The notes under the pieces: generated by a model
Database searches by the model: none
Told to the model about the DNA's origin: nothing
What the model saw: only the letters and a program-made list of their open reading frames with translations
Part shown: piece after piece, positions 27,620 through 37,158 of the stretch
Layout of the letters: each line of letters begins with the position of its first letter
Position numbering within the stretch: position 1 is the first letter of the stretch
Position numbers and translations under genes: made by a program
Virus record (IMG/VR): IMGVR_UViG_3300011113_000640
Span: 1-64,000 of that record
Strand: one strand, 5' to 3'
Length of the DNA stretch: 64,000 nt

Positions 27620-30370
27620 CTATTCTAAAATGTTACGTCTAGGAAACACAAGATATTTATCGAAATCCGTGGTGCTTGAACTTGAATACATATCAACTGG
27701 TGCTGTAAACAACAGACTGTTGCCATCAAATGTGGTTCCTTGACCTACATTGTTGCCATAGCCACGTGTGGCATAAGACCAGTCGGCCAAGGTCTGCAGA
27801 TTATCTTCCCAGGTGGTAATGACATTGGCATTGTTTTCCCAGGTGGCCAGACTTTGTCCTCGATCGTTCCAGTAAGTGGTATTGGTGGGCAGAATACCTG
27901 GAGTTGTAGGTAAAATACACTCATATAATTTGCTGATTCTATAAGCTGGTTCTAGACCCTGGAATACCACAGTTTGATAGATTACAGTATCACCAACTTG
28001 ATAGAAGGATCCTGTGGGCGCAGGCATGGCCCCAGTCACAGCAGTCCAGGTAATAAGGTCAGTTGAAATATAAGAATCTTGTGTGGCTAAAAATTGTTTC
28101 ACTTTCCAAGTGTTTCCAAAATCAACACTGTACATGATCCACTTAGAATCAACATCTCCAGCATACCTATAGGGACCAATTCGCTTGTAGGTTTGATTTG
28201 CTGCCAGGGTGCCTGCACCTGTGAGTGTGGTTTGATAAGGATCAAATGCTGGCACACCAAATATGTCGAACGTGGTAAGACTGGGCGGATAGGGGATCTG
28301 AGCGATGTTGTAATAACCCCAGTTCTGGCCCTCACGATTCCAGTTCTTGGTCAAGAAACCATCCAGTTCATATCTATCAACTTCATAGTCAATTTCATTG
28401 AGATTGCCTGCAAATAAGGTCTGTATGTTGTAAACGATTCTGTCAGCCTGTCCGGGTTTGGTATAGGCAATGACCCAGGCTGGCACATACCCTAGCACAG
28501 TGCCATCCGGTTGGCGGCTTAGTTGCCATCTAGGCAAGACGTTGCTGACCTGTCCCACAGTGTCTACAACCTGGTCTCGCATGTTTTGCAGGCTGTTGGG
28601 GTAGACCACGCTGATTTCGGTACTATCATCGGTGTAGACAGGAAATGGTAAGACCACTTGTTTGCCTACACTGACATCTTGGTTGTTGACCAAGTCGTCG
28701 ATTATTTTGCAGTAGACAACTTCATAGATCACTTCCCCATTGTCGTCTAATGCTCGAGCAGTTTCAATAGGGCCCAGCACTAGATTCTTCCAATAATGGT
28801 TGATATTCAAGCTGGCAACATAATCATCAATGGTGGCAGCTGTGAGTCCATAGGCATGATTGTAGACCACACGAGTAGCTACACCAAAGTTGGGATCATC
28901 GCCACGATAAATCAAGGCCGGAGTAAAGATATCAGGATTTTGCAACAGTGAATCCAAAGTGTTTCTATCATTGTTGGGCGGCATGGCCTGAATGTACAAA
29001 TTATCATAGGGCTGGTCGTAACGCCGTACCACTCGTATGGTAAATGTTTTGTTGGCGCTGACCAAGCCATTGAGGCTGTAGGCATTGACTGTGAACGTGC
29101 AAGTCATGTCAAATGTAGTGGGTTGATCCACGGTGTTTAATCCCACATCAAAGGTTGTGGTTCCACCATCTACGGCAAAAGTGTCAAAGCTCACACGACC
29201 AGCTATGTTGCCACTGGGCAACAGTTCTAGTCCCTGAGGCAGGCGGCTGTCACTGCCTGACAGCAGTTGATATTGCAGTGGAACATCAGCCACGTTACGA
29301 GCCGCTATATTAAATGTACTGGTGGCACCATTGTCAATCAGGCCAAGATCCGTAGGCGATAACCATACTACGTCGGTGTTGATGGTTCCCAGCACAGTGA
29401 GACTGTAGCTGTAAGGGTCACTGGCGTTGGAAGGATCGTTGATTTCTCTAACCACAAGCCGGAAGTCATAGGTTGTGTTACTTTGATTCAACAACGGTAC
29501 ATAACCATACAACCATCCTGAAATAGGATCTAGATTTAGCCCAGGTGGCAAGGCATCCAAGGCCACAAATTCAAATGGGTTGCCACTGTAGTTGGCACCA
29601 ACAAATTGAAATGCAAAAAAGTTATCACTGCGTGTGCTTCCTATGTTGCCCGGAGGCGTGATTATTACCGGAGGCGTGATGGTATTGGTATCTGCTGTGA
29701 TGTAGGTGTTGTCAGCTGTTATATAAGTAGTGTCTGCTGTGAGCAAAGATCGCGCATACACAAGGATGCTGAATGTTCTCACGTCACTACTGGTACCATT
29801 GCTGACTCTGAGAGTGAATGAATAGTCGGTTTGTGGCTGTGTGGCATTGGAATCTGGCGTGATATATCCTGATATAATGCCTGAATCAGAAACACTGAGA
29901 CCCGGAGGCAGTGTGCCGGCAATCAAGGTCACAACATCCACCCCAAAGACATTGGTATCATTGTATCGTACTTGCAGATCGACAACATCAACCCCATCGA
30001 TGTAATTGCCTATGTTGCCCGCGGGTGTGATCCAGGTTACGGTATTTTGATTGGTTATGGTAAGGCTAAAGGTTCTATCTGCCAAGCCTGTGATTGTGGT
30101 TCCATTTTCAGTATAGGCACGTACCACAAATGTGCTGGTGGTAGTTCTGGTAACGTCCAGTGCCGCGCCCTGAACAGTGGTGTCAGCATTGGGATTGCCA
30201 CTCAGCACACCGGTTTCATTGACCCAGATACCCGGAGGCAATCTACCAGCTATGACCTTGTAAAAAACTGTTTGTGGTGCAGTGGCTTCTAATATGATGT
30301 TACCATAAAACACACCTTCGGGTATGGTGCCCAAGGTGCCTGCTGCGGTTACCCATGTTGGTGTGGACAT
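27620..30370 (-). CDS. Large virion protein with Ig-like (He_PIG-type) repeats
   Basis: Repeated G.LPPGL....G.ISG motifs. Confidence 0.8.
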   Translation of the reverse strand: MSTPTWVTAAGTLGTIPEGVFYGNIILEATAPQTVFYKVIAGRLPPGIWVNETGVLSGNPNADTTVQGAALDVTRTTTSTFVVRAYTENGTTITGLADRTFSLTITNQNTVTWITPAGNIGNYIDGVDVVDLQVRYNDTNVFGVDVVTLIAGTLPPGLSVSDSGIISGYITPDSNATQPQTDYSFTLRVSNGTSSDVRTFSILVYARSLLTADTTYITADNTYITADTNTITPPVIITPPGNIGSTRSDNFFAFQFVGANYSGNPFEFVALDALPPGLNLDPISGWLYGYVPLLNQSNTTYDFRLVVREINDPSNASDPYSYSLTVLGTINTDVVWLSPTDLGLIDNGATSTFNIAARNVADVPLQYQLLSGSDSRLPQGLELLPSGNIAGRVSFDTFAVDGGTTTFDVGLNTVDQPTTFDMTCTFTVNAYSLNGLVSANKTFTIRVVRRYDQPYDNLYIQAMPPNNDRNTLDSLLQNPDIFTPALIYRGDDPNFGVATRVVYNHAYGLTAATIDDYVASLNINHYWKNLVLGPIETARALDDNGEVIYEVVYCKIIDDLVNNQDVSVGKQVVLPFPVYTDDSTEISVVYPNSLQNMRDQVVDTVGQVSNVLPRWQLSRQPDGTVLGYVPAWVIAYTKPGQADRIVYNIQTLFAGNLNEIDYEVDRYELDGFLTKNWNREGQNWGYYNIAQIPYPPSLTTFDIFGVPAFDPYQTTLTGAGTLAANQTYKRIGPYRYAGDVDSKWIMYSVDFGNTWKVKQFLATQDSYISTDLITWTAVTGAMPAPTGSFYQVGDTVIYQTVVFQGLEPAYRISKLYECILPTTPGILPTNTTYWNDRGQSLATWENNANVITTWEDNLQTLADWSYATRGYGNNVGQGTTFDGNSLLFTAPVDMYSSSSTTDFDKYLVFPRRNILE

Positions 30371-30371
30371 T

Positions 30372-32849
30372 TCACAGTATTACCGCGGTTATGATTTTGA
30401 CACCATCATCAAGATTGGTTTCAATGCTCTTGGCAAACACTGCCTGACCATAAGAACGATCTCGACCTATGCTGACAGCAACACCCGGGGTGTTGCCGGA
30501 AACCAAGCTGTCGCCTTTGATCACAGGTCCAGAGACTTTGACATCTACTCGGCCTCGCAAAGCTATAGGCAAACCATCACTGGCGGCGTTCATTAAATGT
30601 GCAGGATTGCGGCTGACCACTCCGGCCACACGTTCGTCGGCAAATTCTGTACATATGGTTACTTCGGTGTCACCACCAAAAATAACCACTGTGCCAGGAT
30701 CATATTGTGTGTCAGCCACATAATTTTCTGCCAGGTCGGCATATTGAGCACTGGTTGCCTTGGCAAATATGGTGTTAAAATAACCAGTGGAGCTGCCGAT
30801 GTTGCCCACAGCATTGGCATTGGCATTGACAATACTGCCTGCAGTAATGGTGCCTGTGCTGACCGAAAGATTTCCCCCGGTTATGTTGCCACTCACACTC
30901 AAGCTGGTCAAGGTTCCGACGGCTGTAATTGATGTTTGGCTGGCTGTGGCTACGGCACCCACTAGACTGGCACCAGTCACATTTCCCGAGACACTCAGTG
31001 AAGAAGCACTTATATTGGTGGCAATGACATTGCTGCCGTTGATATTTCCAGTGACACTGAGTGATGAGAGTGTGCCCACATCGGTGATTTCTGGTTGGCT
31101 GGCCGTGGCGAGTTGACCTAGCAAACTGGATCCGGTCACGTTGCCACTGACACTTACACTGATACCGGTGATAAATCCGCCAACTACCGAAGCGGCTGTT
31201 ACGTTGCCCAGGGTTGATATGCTGTTTGTGCCCAAGTTGCTCAATAAAGTGATCACATTTGAATCACTATAAATGCCGATACCAGTGAGTTGGCTACCGT
31301 TACCAAGAACATAGTTACCGGTGATGTTGCCTGTGGCACTGATCGCACCGGCAGATAAGATATTGCCACCGGTGACGTTACCTGCGACGCTGATTGATAA
31401 TCCTGTAAACAATGAGGCACTGATGTTGCCTCCAGTGGCCACATCTGTGACCACAGTCAAATTTCCGCCGCGAATGTTTCCTGCCGCTGTTATATTACCA
31501 GTGGCACTGACCACACCGGCTGTGCGCAGATTGCCACCCTGCACAGAACCGCTGACGCTGAGTGAGGTTAGTGTGCCTACTGCGGTGATGTTGGGTTGTG
31601 AAGCTGTGGCTATAGTTCCAAAATAATTGGCCGCTGTGACATTACCGGCTGTGGAAATATTGTTATTGATCACGGTGTTGGCCGTGACCAGGTTGTTGGA
31701 CGTGACATTGCCGGTGGCACTGACCGCTCCAGCAGAAACTAGGCCAGTTGTGATTATGTTGCCTCCGGTCACGTTGCCACTTGCGCTGAGTGAAGTCAAT
31801 GTTCCCACACTGGTCACATTGGGTTGTGCAGCTGTGATCAAAGTGCCAGCTATGAAATTGGCAGTGACCACGTTGGCTACCACGTTGGCTGTGGCGCTGT
31901 AACTGCCCAGCACAGTGAGTATATTAGGACCTGAGCTGTCAAATATTAGACCAGCTGTGGCTGCCACATTTCCTGAACCATCGTTGAACACCACGGCTCC
32001 GCCTGGTCCAGGTATGTTGGTAATGTTGGCCACTATGTTGCCAATGATATCACCAATGATGTAACCAGCGGTAATTATGTTGCCAGAGGCACTGACCACG
32101 CCAGTTGTGGTGACGTTGCCACCAGTGACGTTGCCCGACACCGATACTGATGTCAAAGTTCCTACACTGGTTATGTTGGGTTGTGCGGCCGTGGTTACTG
32201 TGCCTGCTGTGCCAGACGAAGTAGCATAGGTAGCATTGGCCACGGTTCCAGTGACATTGGCCGCTGTGATCGTGGTCAGCAAACTGCCATTGCCAATGAC
32301 ATAGGCGGCACTGACATTGCCTGTGGTTGATATAGAATTGTTGCCAAAACTGCCGAGCAGTGTGACCACGTTGGCATCAGTGTAGGTAGCAGGTAGTCCT
32401 GTGAGCTGGCTACCGTTGCCCAGAACGTATGATCCAATAATATTGCCTGTGGCACTGACCACTCCTAGAACACCCACTCCGTTGCCGGTAAACACTGCTA
32501 TGTTGCCGATTCCGCCCACACCGACCGTGATATCACTGTTGGGTGCTGCTATGTCAACGTTGCTGGTGCCATTGATTATTTTGGCCACAGAAACATTGCC
32601 TACCTGGGTGACCTGTGCCCAGATGGTGCTGGAACCATCGTAGTCGGCAAAACAGTAATAGAAATAACTAGAATCTACAGCATACATGCCGGCCACATCG
32701 CCTGTTTGTCCGACCAAGGACACAGGAACTGCGGTCTGGAATCTGGCGAAAAGTTGGCTAAAATTGCTATTGGTGTAGTTGAATGCTGTGGCTAAAGGGG
32801 TGCCAAGCCCGGAATTCTGCGGTGTAGTAACAATAAACAGTTGGCTCAT
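30372..32849 (-). CDS. Tail fibre protein with C-terminal intramolecular chaperone/autocleavage domain
   Basis: Repeated ATASQPNITxVGTLTSL. C-terminal YADLAENY..GVVS.NPA.LMN..IALRGRV.VKV..GDSLV. Confidence 0.8.
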   Translation of the reverse strand: MSQLFIVTTPQNSGLGTPLATAFNYTNSNFSQLFARFQTAVPVSLVGQTGDVAGMYAVDSSYFYYCFADYDGSSTIWAQVTQVGNVSVAKIINGTSNVDIAAPNSDITVGVGGIGNIAVFTGNGVGVLGVVSATGNIIGSYVLGNGSQLTGLPATYTDANVVTLLGSFGNNSISTTGNVSAAYVIGNGSLLTTITAANVTGTVANATYATSSGTAGTVTTAAQPNITSVGTLTSVSVSGNVTGGNVTTTGVVSASGNIITAGYIIGDIIGNIVANITNIPGPGGAVVFNDGSGNVAATAGLIFDSSGPNILTVLGSYSATANVVANVVTANFIAGTLITAAQPNVTSVGTLTSLSASGNVTGGNIITTGLVSAGAVSATGNVTSNNLVTANTVINNNISTAGNVTAANYFGTIATASQPNITAVGTLTSLSVSGSVQGGNLRTAGVVSATGNITAAGNIRGGNLTVVTDVATGGNISASLFTGLSISVAGNVTGGNILSAGAISATGNITGNYVLGNGSQLTGIGIYSDSNVITLLSNLGTNSISTLGNVTAASVVGGFITGISVSVSGNVTGSSLLGQLATASQPEITDVGTLSSLSVTGNINGSNVIATNISASSLSVSGNVTGASLVGAVATASQTSITAVGTLTSLSVSGNITGGNLSVSTGTITAGSIVNANANAVGNIGSSTGYFNTIFAKATSAQYADLAENYVADTQYDPGTVVIFGGDTEVTICTEFADERVAGVVSRNPAHLMNAASDGLPIALRGRVDVKVSGPVIKGDSLVSGNTPGVAVSIGRDRSYGQAVFAKSIETNLDDGVKIITAVIL

Positions 32850-32907
32850 AGATCTGCGTCCTCTGGCTTGTATTTACCAGAAGGCAGAGTTTGGTCGATT
32901 AGGTTGT

Positions 32908-33234
32908 TTAGTAGGGGCTAAAACTACTGCCGCACCCGCAGGTGGTCTGGGCCTGAGGGTTGTTGATGGTAAAACTGGCACCCATGACATCGTCCTTGTA
33001 GTCAATTTCGGCACCTTGCAAGTAGCCACCACTCATTGAATCAACTAGGACTTTTACACCAGAAATCTCCAGGTCCCAATCGTCTTCGTTTTGTGTTTCG
33101 TCCAAGGTAAATCCGTAGCTCATTCCGCTACATCCGCCACCCTGTACAAACACTCTGAGTTTGAGGTTGGCATTGTTTTCTTCAGCCAAGATATCTTTGA
33201 TTTTGGTTACTGCGGATTCGGTCACCGTGATCAT
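32908..33234 (-). CDS. erpA: A-type Fe-S cluster carrier (ErpA/IscA family)
   Basis: [35 protein letters not shown]. Confidence 0.95.
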   Translation of the reverse strand: MITVTESAVTKIKDILAEENNANLKLRVFVQGGGCSGMSYGFTLDETQNEDDWDLEISGVKVLVDSMSGGYLQGAEIDYKDDVMGASFTINNPQAQTTCGCGSSFSPY

Positions 33235-33785
33235 AAGCGTTCGTTGCAGACATCCCAGTCAATGATCTTCCAGATGTTGTCCAGGTATTTTTCTTTGTCC
33301 CATTGGTAATCTGTGGCCCAAACATGTTCCCACCAGTCCACCAGCACACAAATATCTGTACGAACTTGATGGTTGGGTATGGTTTTGATGGTGCCTGCGG
33401 TGCTCAAATACACCCAGCCGCTGCCTTGTATTTTCATGGCTGTTTCTTTAAAAGCCTGTTTGAAATCTTCGTAGGTTTTGAAGTTTGCTTCTATGAGCTC
33501 TAGTACAGCACCTCTAGGGCGGTTGGCACCTTTGACAGGTCTGAGTTGTGGAAAGAACTTGTTGTGCAAGAAACTGCCAGCACGGTTAAAGTCAGCGTTG
33601 CCTTCACCGGCATTGTATCTTTTTGCATAGCCCTTGGCCAAGTGTTCGTAGTGATAGTTGATGCTGTCTTTACTTAGAACCGGATCAAGATCGCCTTCGC
33701 CATAGGGCAGAGGAGTGGTTTCCAGCTTGGCTGGACGAGTCGATGCTTCTAGCAGATCTAGATCTTGTCTTATTGTATGATGCAT
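33231..33785 (-). CDS. Fe/Mn superoxide dismutase with N-terminal extension
   Basis: LPY..LDP..HY, FLHNKFF, GSGWVYL, DWWEH. The metal ligands appear intact. Confidence 0.9.
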   Translation of the reverse strand: MHHTIRQDLDLLEASTRPAKLETTPLPYGEGDLDPVLSKDSINYHYEHLAKGYAKRYNAGEGNADFNRAGSFLHNKFFPQLRPVKGANRPRGAVLELIEANFKTYEDFKQAFKETAMKIQGSGWVYLSTAGTIKTIPNHQVRTDICVLVDWWEHVWATDYQWDKEKYLDNIWKIIDWDVCNERL

Positions 33786-33793
33786 GTGGATAT

Positions 33794-34486
33794 TTATGCG
33801 TTTAGTGCCTGTGCGTATCTGTCTTGCCACAAATCACAAGCAGCAGCGTGTGCTTCTTCCAGTGGATGTAACCCAGGCTCTGTTACTGTGAATCCGTGTT
33901 TGTAACTCCAATCTAAAAAAGTCAATCCTTCAAAGGTCTGCAACGGATCTCGAGTCAGATCTTGTAAGGTTTTAATATAGTCTGGTGCATGCCAGGTTGT
34001 GTCCCACATCTCAGAGTCCATGTAGGTTTGTATACTAGGAACATCGATATTTTTTAAAAATTGTTGCGCGGAGTATATGGTTTGTAAGGTTCTGAATTTA
34101 TCCCACAAGGTGCTGTGTCCTGGATACTTGTTATAGAACTCTAGTACTTTTTTTGCTTCTTCAAGTCCTACCAATGGTGCTAATTTAGGTGGTACACAAC
34201 TTAATCCTAGAGTTGTCCAAGTTTCCTTTCCGGGTACATAAAAATCCCAACGGGCTCCCCAAGTCCAGTTGATCACGGCCAACACATTATCATTGGAATT
34301 ATTGGAAAAATAAGTCAGAATCTGACGACTGATATTTTCATTTCCGCATCCAGGCACAGCCAAGGTTTGGTATTCGACTCCTAGTTTTGTTGCCGCCAGA
34401 CCAATCCAGGACCGACTACCGTTGTCGTTATTTTGCAGTTCTGAACCGAACACGAAACTGTCACCAAAACTTACAATCTTTTTCAT
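33794..34486 (-). CDS. SGNH/GDSL-like protein
   Basis: FGDSFVFG, AVPGCGNENI, LHPLEEAH. Confidence 0.65.
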   Translation of the reverse strand: MKKIVSFGDSFVFGSELQNNDNGSRSWIGLAATKLGVEYQTLAVPGCGNENISRQILTYFSNNSNDNVLAVINWTWGARWDFYVPGKETWTTLGLSCVPPKLAPLVGLEEAKKVLEFYNKYPGHSTLWDKFRTLQTIYSAQQFLKNIDVPSIQTYMDSEMWDTTWHAPDYIKTLQDLTRDPLQTFEGLTFLDWSYKHGFTVTEPGLHPLEEAHAAACDLWQDRYAQALNA

Positions 34487-34489
34487 GGG

Positions 34490-34708
34490 TTATCTCCGTC
34501 GAATAATACGGCCTCGAGTGAGATCATACGGGCTGAATTCTAGCTCAACCACATCACCGCCCAAGACCTTGATGTTGTTCATACGCATACGACCATTGAG
34601 GCTGGCCAAGACGGGCTTGTCAAAGTTTTCGATTCGTACTCGATACATGGTGTTGGGTAGCACTTCTTCTATAACACCTTCCATTTTGATGACGTCTTCT
34701 TTGGCCAA
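34490..34708 (-). CDS. infA: Translation initiation factor IF-1
   Basis: MAKEDVIKMEGVIEEVLPN..GRMRMNNIKVLGGDVVELEFSPYDLTRGRII.R. Confidence 0.97.
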   Translation of the reverse strand: MAKEDVIKMEGVIEEVLPNTMYRVRIENFDKPVLASLNGRMRMNNIKVLGGDVVELEFSPYDLTRGRIIRRR

Positions 34709-34717
34709 AGTTGCTGA

Positions 34718-35116
34718 TTATCTCCTCATCTTACTTATGTCCACAGCTTCCTCGTCGCTGAATATTGGCACGGCATTTGACTTGTGCATGGTGCCTATGC
34801 CCTTGACCTTGGTGCCAGTGTATTCGGTATCTTGATGTTTGACACAGGGCACCCATCCAGTGTCACGGCTCTCAATTCTAGGAGTTTCACGTCCGGGTGG
34901 TACTCGCATAGTGGCTTGTAAAGTGCCTGCGGGTTTTAGGGGAGGTGCAGAAGTTCGGCTGAATCGGGGAGCCATTCGCTTGAAGTTTCCAAGACGTTGT
35001 TCCCATTCTTCCTGCAATAATTCGGCCCGTCGTTTGGCTTCGGCGCTGGCCCAGCGTCGCGGACCTTTTTTCTTACCAGTGGTTGTGAGCCATGGACCTT
35101 CCAAATGAAATGCCAT
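34718..35116 (-). CDS. Hypothetical T4-like phage protein
   Basis: C-terminal KGIGTMHKSNAVP, recalled from other T4-like phages (unverified). Confidence 0.7.
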   Translation of the reverse strand: MAFHLEGPWLTTTGKKKGPRRWASAEAKRRAELLQEEWEQRLGNFKRMAPRFSRTSAPPLKPAGTLQATMRVPPGRETPRIESRDTGWVPCVKHQDTEYTGTKVKGIGTMHKSNAVPIFSDEEAVDISKMRR

Positions 35117-35148
35117 TATATGCCTCCAGATCTTTTATTCATACTACT

Positions 35149-35177
35149 ATTATAACAGATCTGGAGTTTCGGGTCAA
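35149..35177 (-). promoter_or_regulatory. sigma70-type promoter TTGACC-17-TATAAT
   Basis: Near-consensus. Confidence 0.75.
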
Positions 35178-35181
35178 CCGT

Positions 35182-35496
35182 TTACTTGAACAGGATCATG
35201 GCCATGATCACGGCCTGCAACATAAAGCCCATGCCAATTGTGACAATGTTCAGCATGTCTTTGAGTACCACGGCCCGGGCAAACAACAACACCAAGCCAG
35301 TCCACATGAACAGCACTATGTCTAGATTGGGCACAGTGTCAGACAGTCCTGTGAGCAAGGCCAACAGCGTGGGTATGGTGGCACAGTGTATGACTACTAC
35401 TGCCAACCAACCCAGGGTTTCAGCACTTACTTTGGGCCAGTGTTGATCTAACCAGGTTCTTAAAGAATTGAGTAAAACGTCTAATTTGATTATCAT
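35182..35496 (-). CDS. Three-TM membrane protein
   Basis: Hydrophobic helices. Confidence 0.7.
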   Translation of the reverse strand: MIIKLDVLLNSLRTWLDQHWPKVSAETLGWLAVVVIHCATIPTLLALLTGLSDTVPNLDIVLFMWTGLVLLFARAVVLKDMLNIVTIGMGFMLQAVIMAMILFK

Positions 35497-36053
35497 ATTT
35501 TGTCCGCATAAAAGATGTGTCTCCCAAATTTAGCTACCTGTGGTTTGCCCCACTGGGGTTTGACATAGTCTGCGTGAAAATACAAGGCGTTCTTCACGCT
35601 GGGCAAACGGAATCCTTCTAAGAGGACTTTTTTGGCCACTTCTTCTGACTCTTTCCAGTGCGCCGGATAGATGGGTCGTACCTTGCTGGATCCATCACAG
35701 AACCACGAGAACTGACAAATTACCTTGTCGTAGACCACGTTCTTTTGATAAACCACTCCGCAGATGTCTGAAGCAAACCGGCCGGATTCCACACGGTTGA
35801 TGGTGACCTGTGCCACGGCTACCTTGCCTTCAAAAGGTTCAGTAGCACTTTCCCAGTAGATGTTTCTTGTGAGACAATCCAATTGTTTGGCACGATCTGC
35901 AGCACTGATAAAACCTTGACGTGCTACTTCGTTGGATGCTCTAAGGGCATCAAGTTTGGAATCGGTAACTGAAATCACTGCCAGGGCCACGGCCACAAAA
36001 CTAGCGAATTTTACTGCGGTACTACCCAAGTTAAACTTTGAAGATGTCTTCAA
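35493..36053 (-). CDS. Cell wall hydrolase, SleB/Hydrolase_2 family
   Basis: CLTRNIYWES..GKVAVAQVTINRV..CQFSW..ALYFHADYVKPQW..FGRHIFY. TTG start after AAAGGAG. Confidence 0.92.
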   Translation of the reverse strand: MKTSSKFNLGSTAVKFASFVAVALAVISVTDSKLDALRASNEVARQGFISAADRAKQLDCLTRNIYWESATEPFEGKVAVAQVTINRVESGRFASDICGVVYQKNVVYDKVICQFSWFCDGSSKVRPIYPAHWKESEEVAKKVLLEGFRLPSVKNALYFHADYVKPQWGKPQVAKFGRHIFYADKI

Positions 36054-36070
36054 TGTCTTCTCCTTTCGGT

Positions 36071-36375
36071 CTTAGTGAACCGTTCACCGGAGTGCCCAGG
36101 ACGGGCGCATAGACAAAGTCGCAGGACAGATGTAGACCTCGGGCCTCAGTGCCATACTCTCAGATCTGATCTTTGTTTCCGACCAAATCATACCATTTGT
36201 CAATGAAGAGGATTTCCGAAGTCCTCTTGTAAAAAGACCAGCTTTTCGGCACTGGTCGATCCGTTGTGGAGTAGAAGCGATTTGTAATCCTCCGCTGAGC
36301 GTGTTAGTGCCAGCCTGGGTGTGTTTTCTACTCTCTAAAATACTTAGTTCCTGACTCAAATCAGGGCCAAATAAC
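36071..36375 (-). ncRNA. Candidate structured leader or sRNA upstream of the sleB-like gene
   Basis: Stems GAGTAGAA/TTCTACTC, GACCAG/CTGGTC followed by a U5 tract, AAGAGGA/TCCTCTT, long-range CCCAGG/CCTGGG, and GTGAAC/GTTCAC. Confidence 0.4.
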
Positions 36376-36412
36376 CACAAATTTTCATACATTTTTACCA
36401 TAATATACAGCT

Positions 36413-36441
36413 ATTATAGCATGTGAATCGGTTGCTGTCAA
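36413..36441 (-). promoter_or_regulatory. sigma70-type promoter TTGACA-17-TATAAT
   Basis: Perfect consensus. Confidence 0.8.
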
Positions 36442-36896
36442 TCTATGTCAGGTGCAGGCATGGCCTTTAAGCGATCAAAGGTGGCCTGCTTGTCCAGGAT
36501 GTGTTGTTCCAGCTTTCTATACTGCTCACCCAGCTCACGCAGTTCCTTCCACTCCACTTCTAATTCTGGATTGGTCTGCATGATGTTGAGTCGGTTGGCT
36601 ATTTCCTGCATGGTTTTCCACAGGCTGACTCCGTTGATTTCGATGTCAGCGTCCTTACCATCCAGCGTGAGCTTGGAGCTGTCGATGTTAGGACTATAGG
36701 TAGCCCAGGGCGAAGATGTGGTACCAGTTGTGGTATAAACCGCATTGGGCAAGTTTATACCTGAGCTTATTGTGTAAGGACTGGTAATGCTCACGTTGCT
36801 GTATACACCGCTGAAATCTACTGAGTAGGTATCCACATCTTTGTCCAGGTTCCATTCGGCTAGAATTTCTTCTAGCCGTTGTTCATGGTCACCCAT
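36438..36896 (-). CDS. Hypothetical phage protein
   Basis: 152-aa ORF with a C-terminal coiled coil. Confidence 0.7.
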   Translation of the reverse strand: MGDHEQRLEEILAEWNLDKDVDTYSVDFSGVYSNVSITSPYTISSGINLPNAVYTTTGTTSSPWATYSPNIDSSKLTLDGKDADIEINGVSLWKTMQEIANRLNIMQTNPELEVEWKELRELGEQYRKLEQHILDKQATFDRLKAMPAPDID

Positions 36897-36897
36897 G

Positions 36898-37083
36898 TTA
36901 CTTGGCCGCTAAGGCTTCTTTTTCTGCTGTGATTTCTTTGCGCCGTTCTTTGATGGCCTTGGACATTTCTTGCAGAGCTTTTCTAGCTCTCGCAGCAGAT
37001 GCTTTAACGCCTTTGCCTGAGAACTTGTCATTTTCGGCGATGTATGTTTCGAATGCTGTTTTGATTGCTTCATGATTGCTCAT
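36898..37083 (-). CDS. Histone H1-like (Hc1-type) small basic protein
   Basis: KGVKASAARARKALQEMSKAIKERRKEI. Confidence 0.7.
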   Translation of the reverse strand: MSNHEAIKTAFETYIAENDKFSGKGVKASAARARKALQEMSKAIKERRKEITAEKEALAAK

Positions 37084-37121
37084 TTTGATTCCTTAGGTTA
37101 GTGTGCTGACTGCACCAGTTA

Positions 37122-37149
37122 ATTATACTACAGACATCGTGATTGTCAA
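37122..37149 (-). promoter_or_regulatory. sigma70-type promoter TTGACA-16-TATAAT
   Basis: Consensus hexamers. Confidence 0.7.
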
Positions 37150-37158
37150 GAATTTTGG

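Noticed and set aside
36084-36401. 105-aa ORF in the sleB leader
   Set aside because: It has no recognisable motif, a poor RBS, and runs through a terminator-like hairpin. It is treated as probably non-coding, though not excluded.
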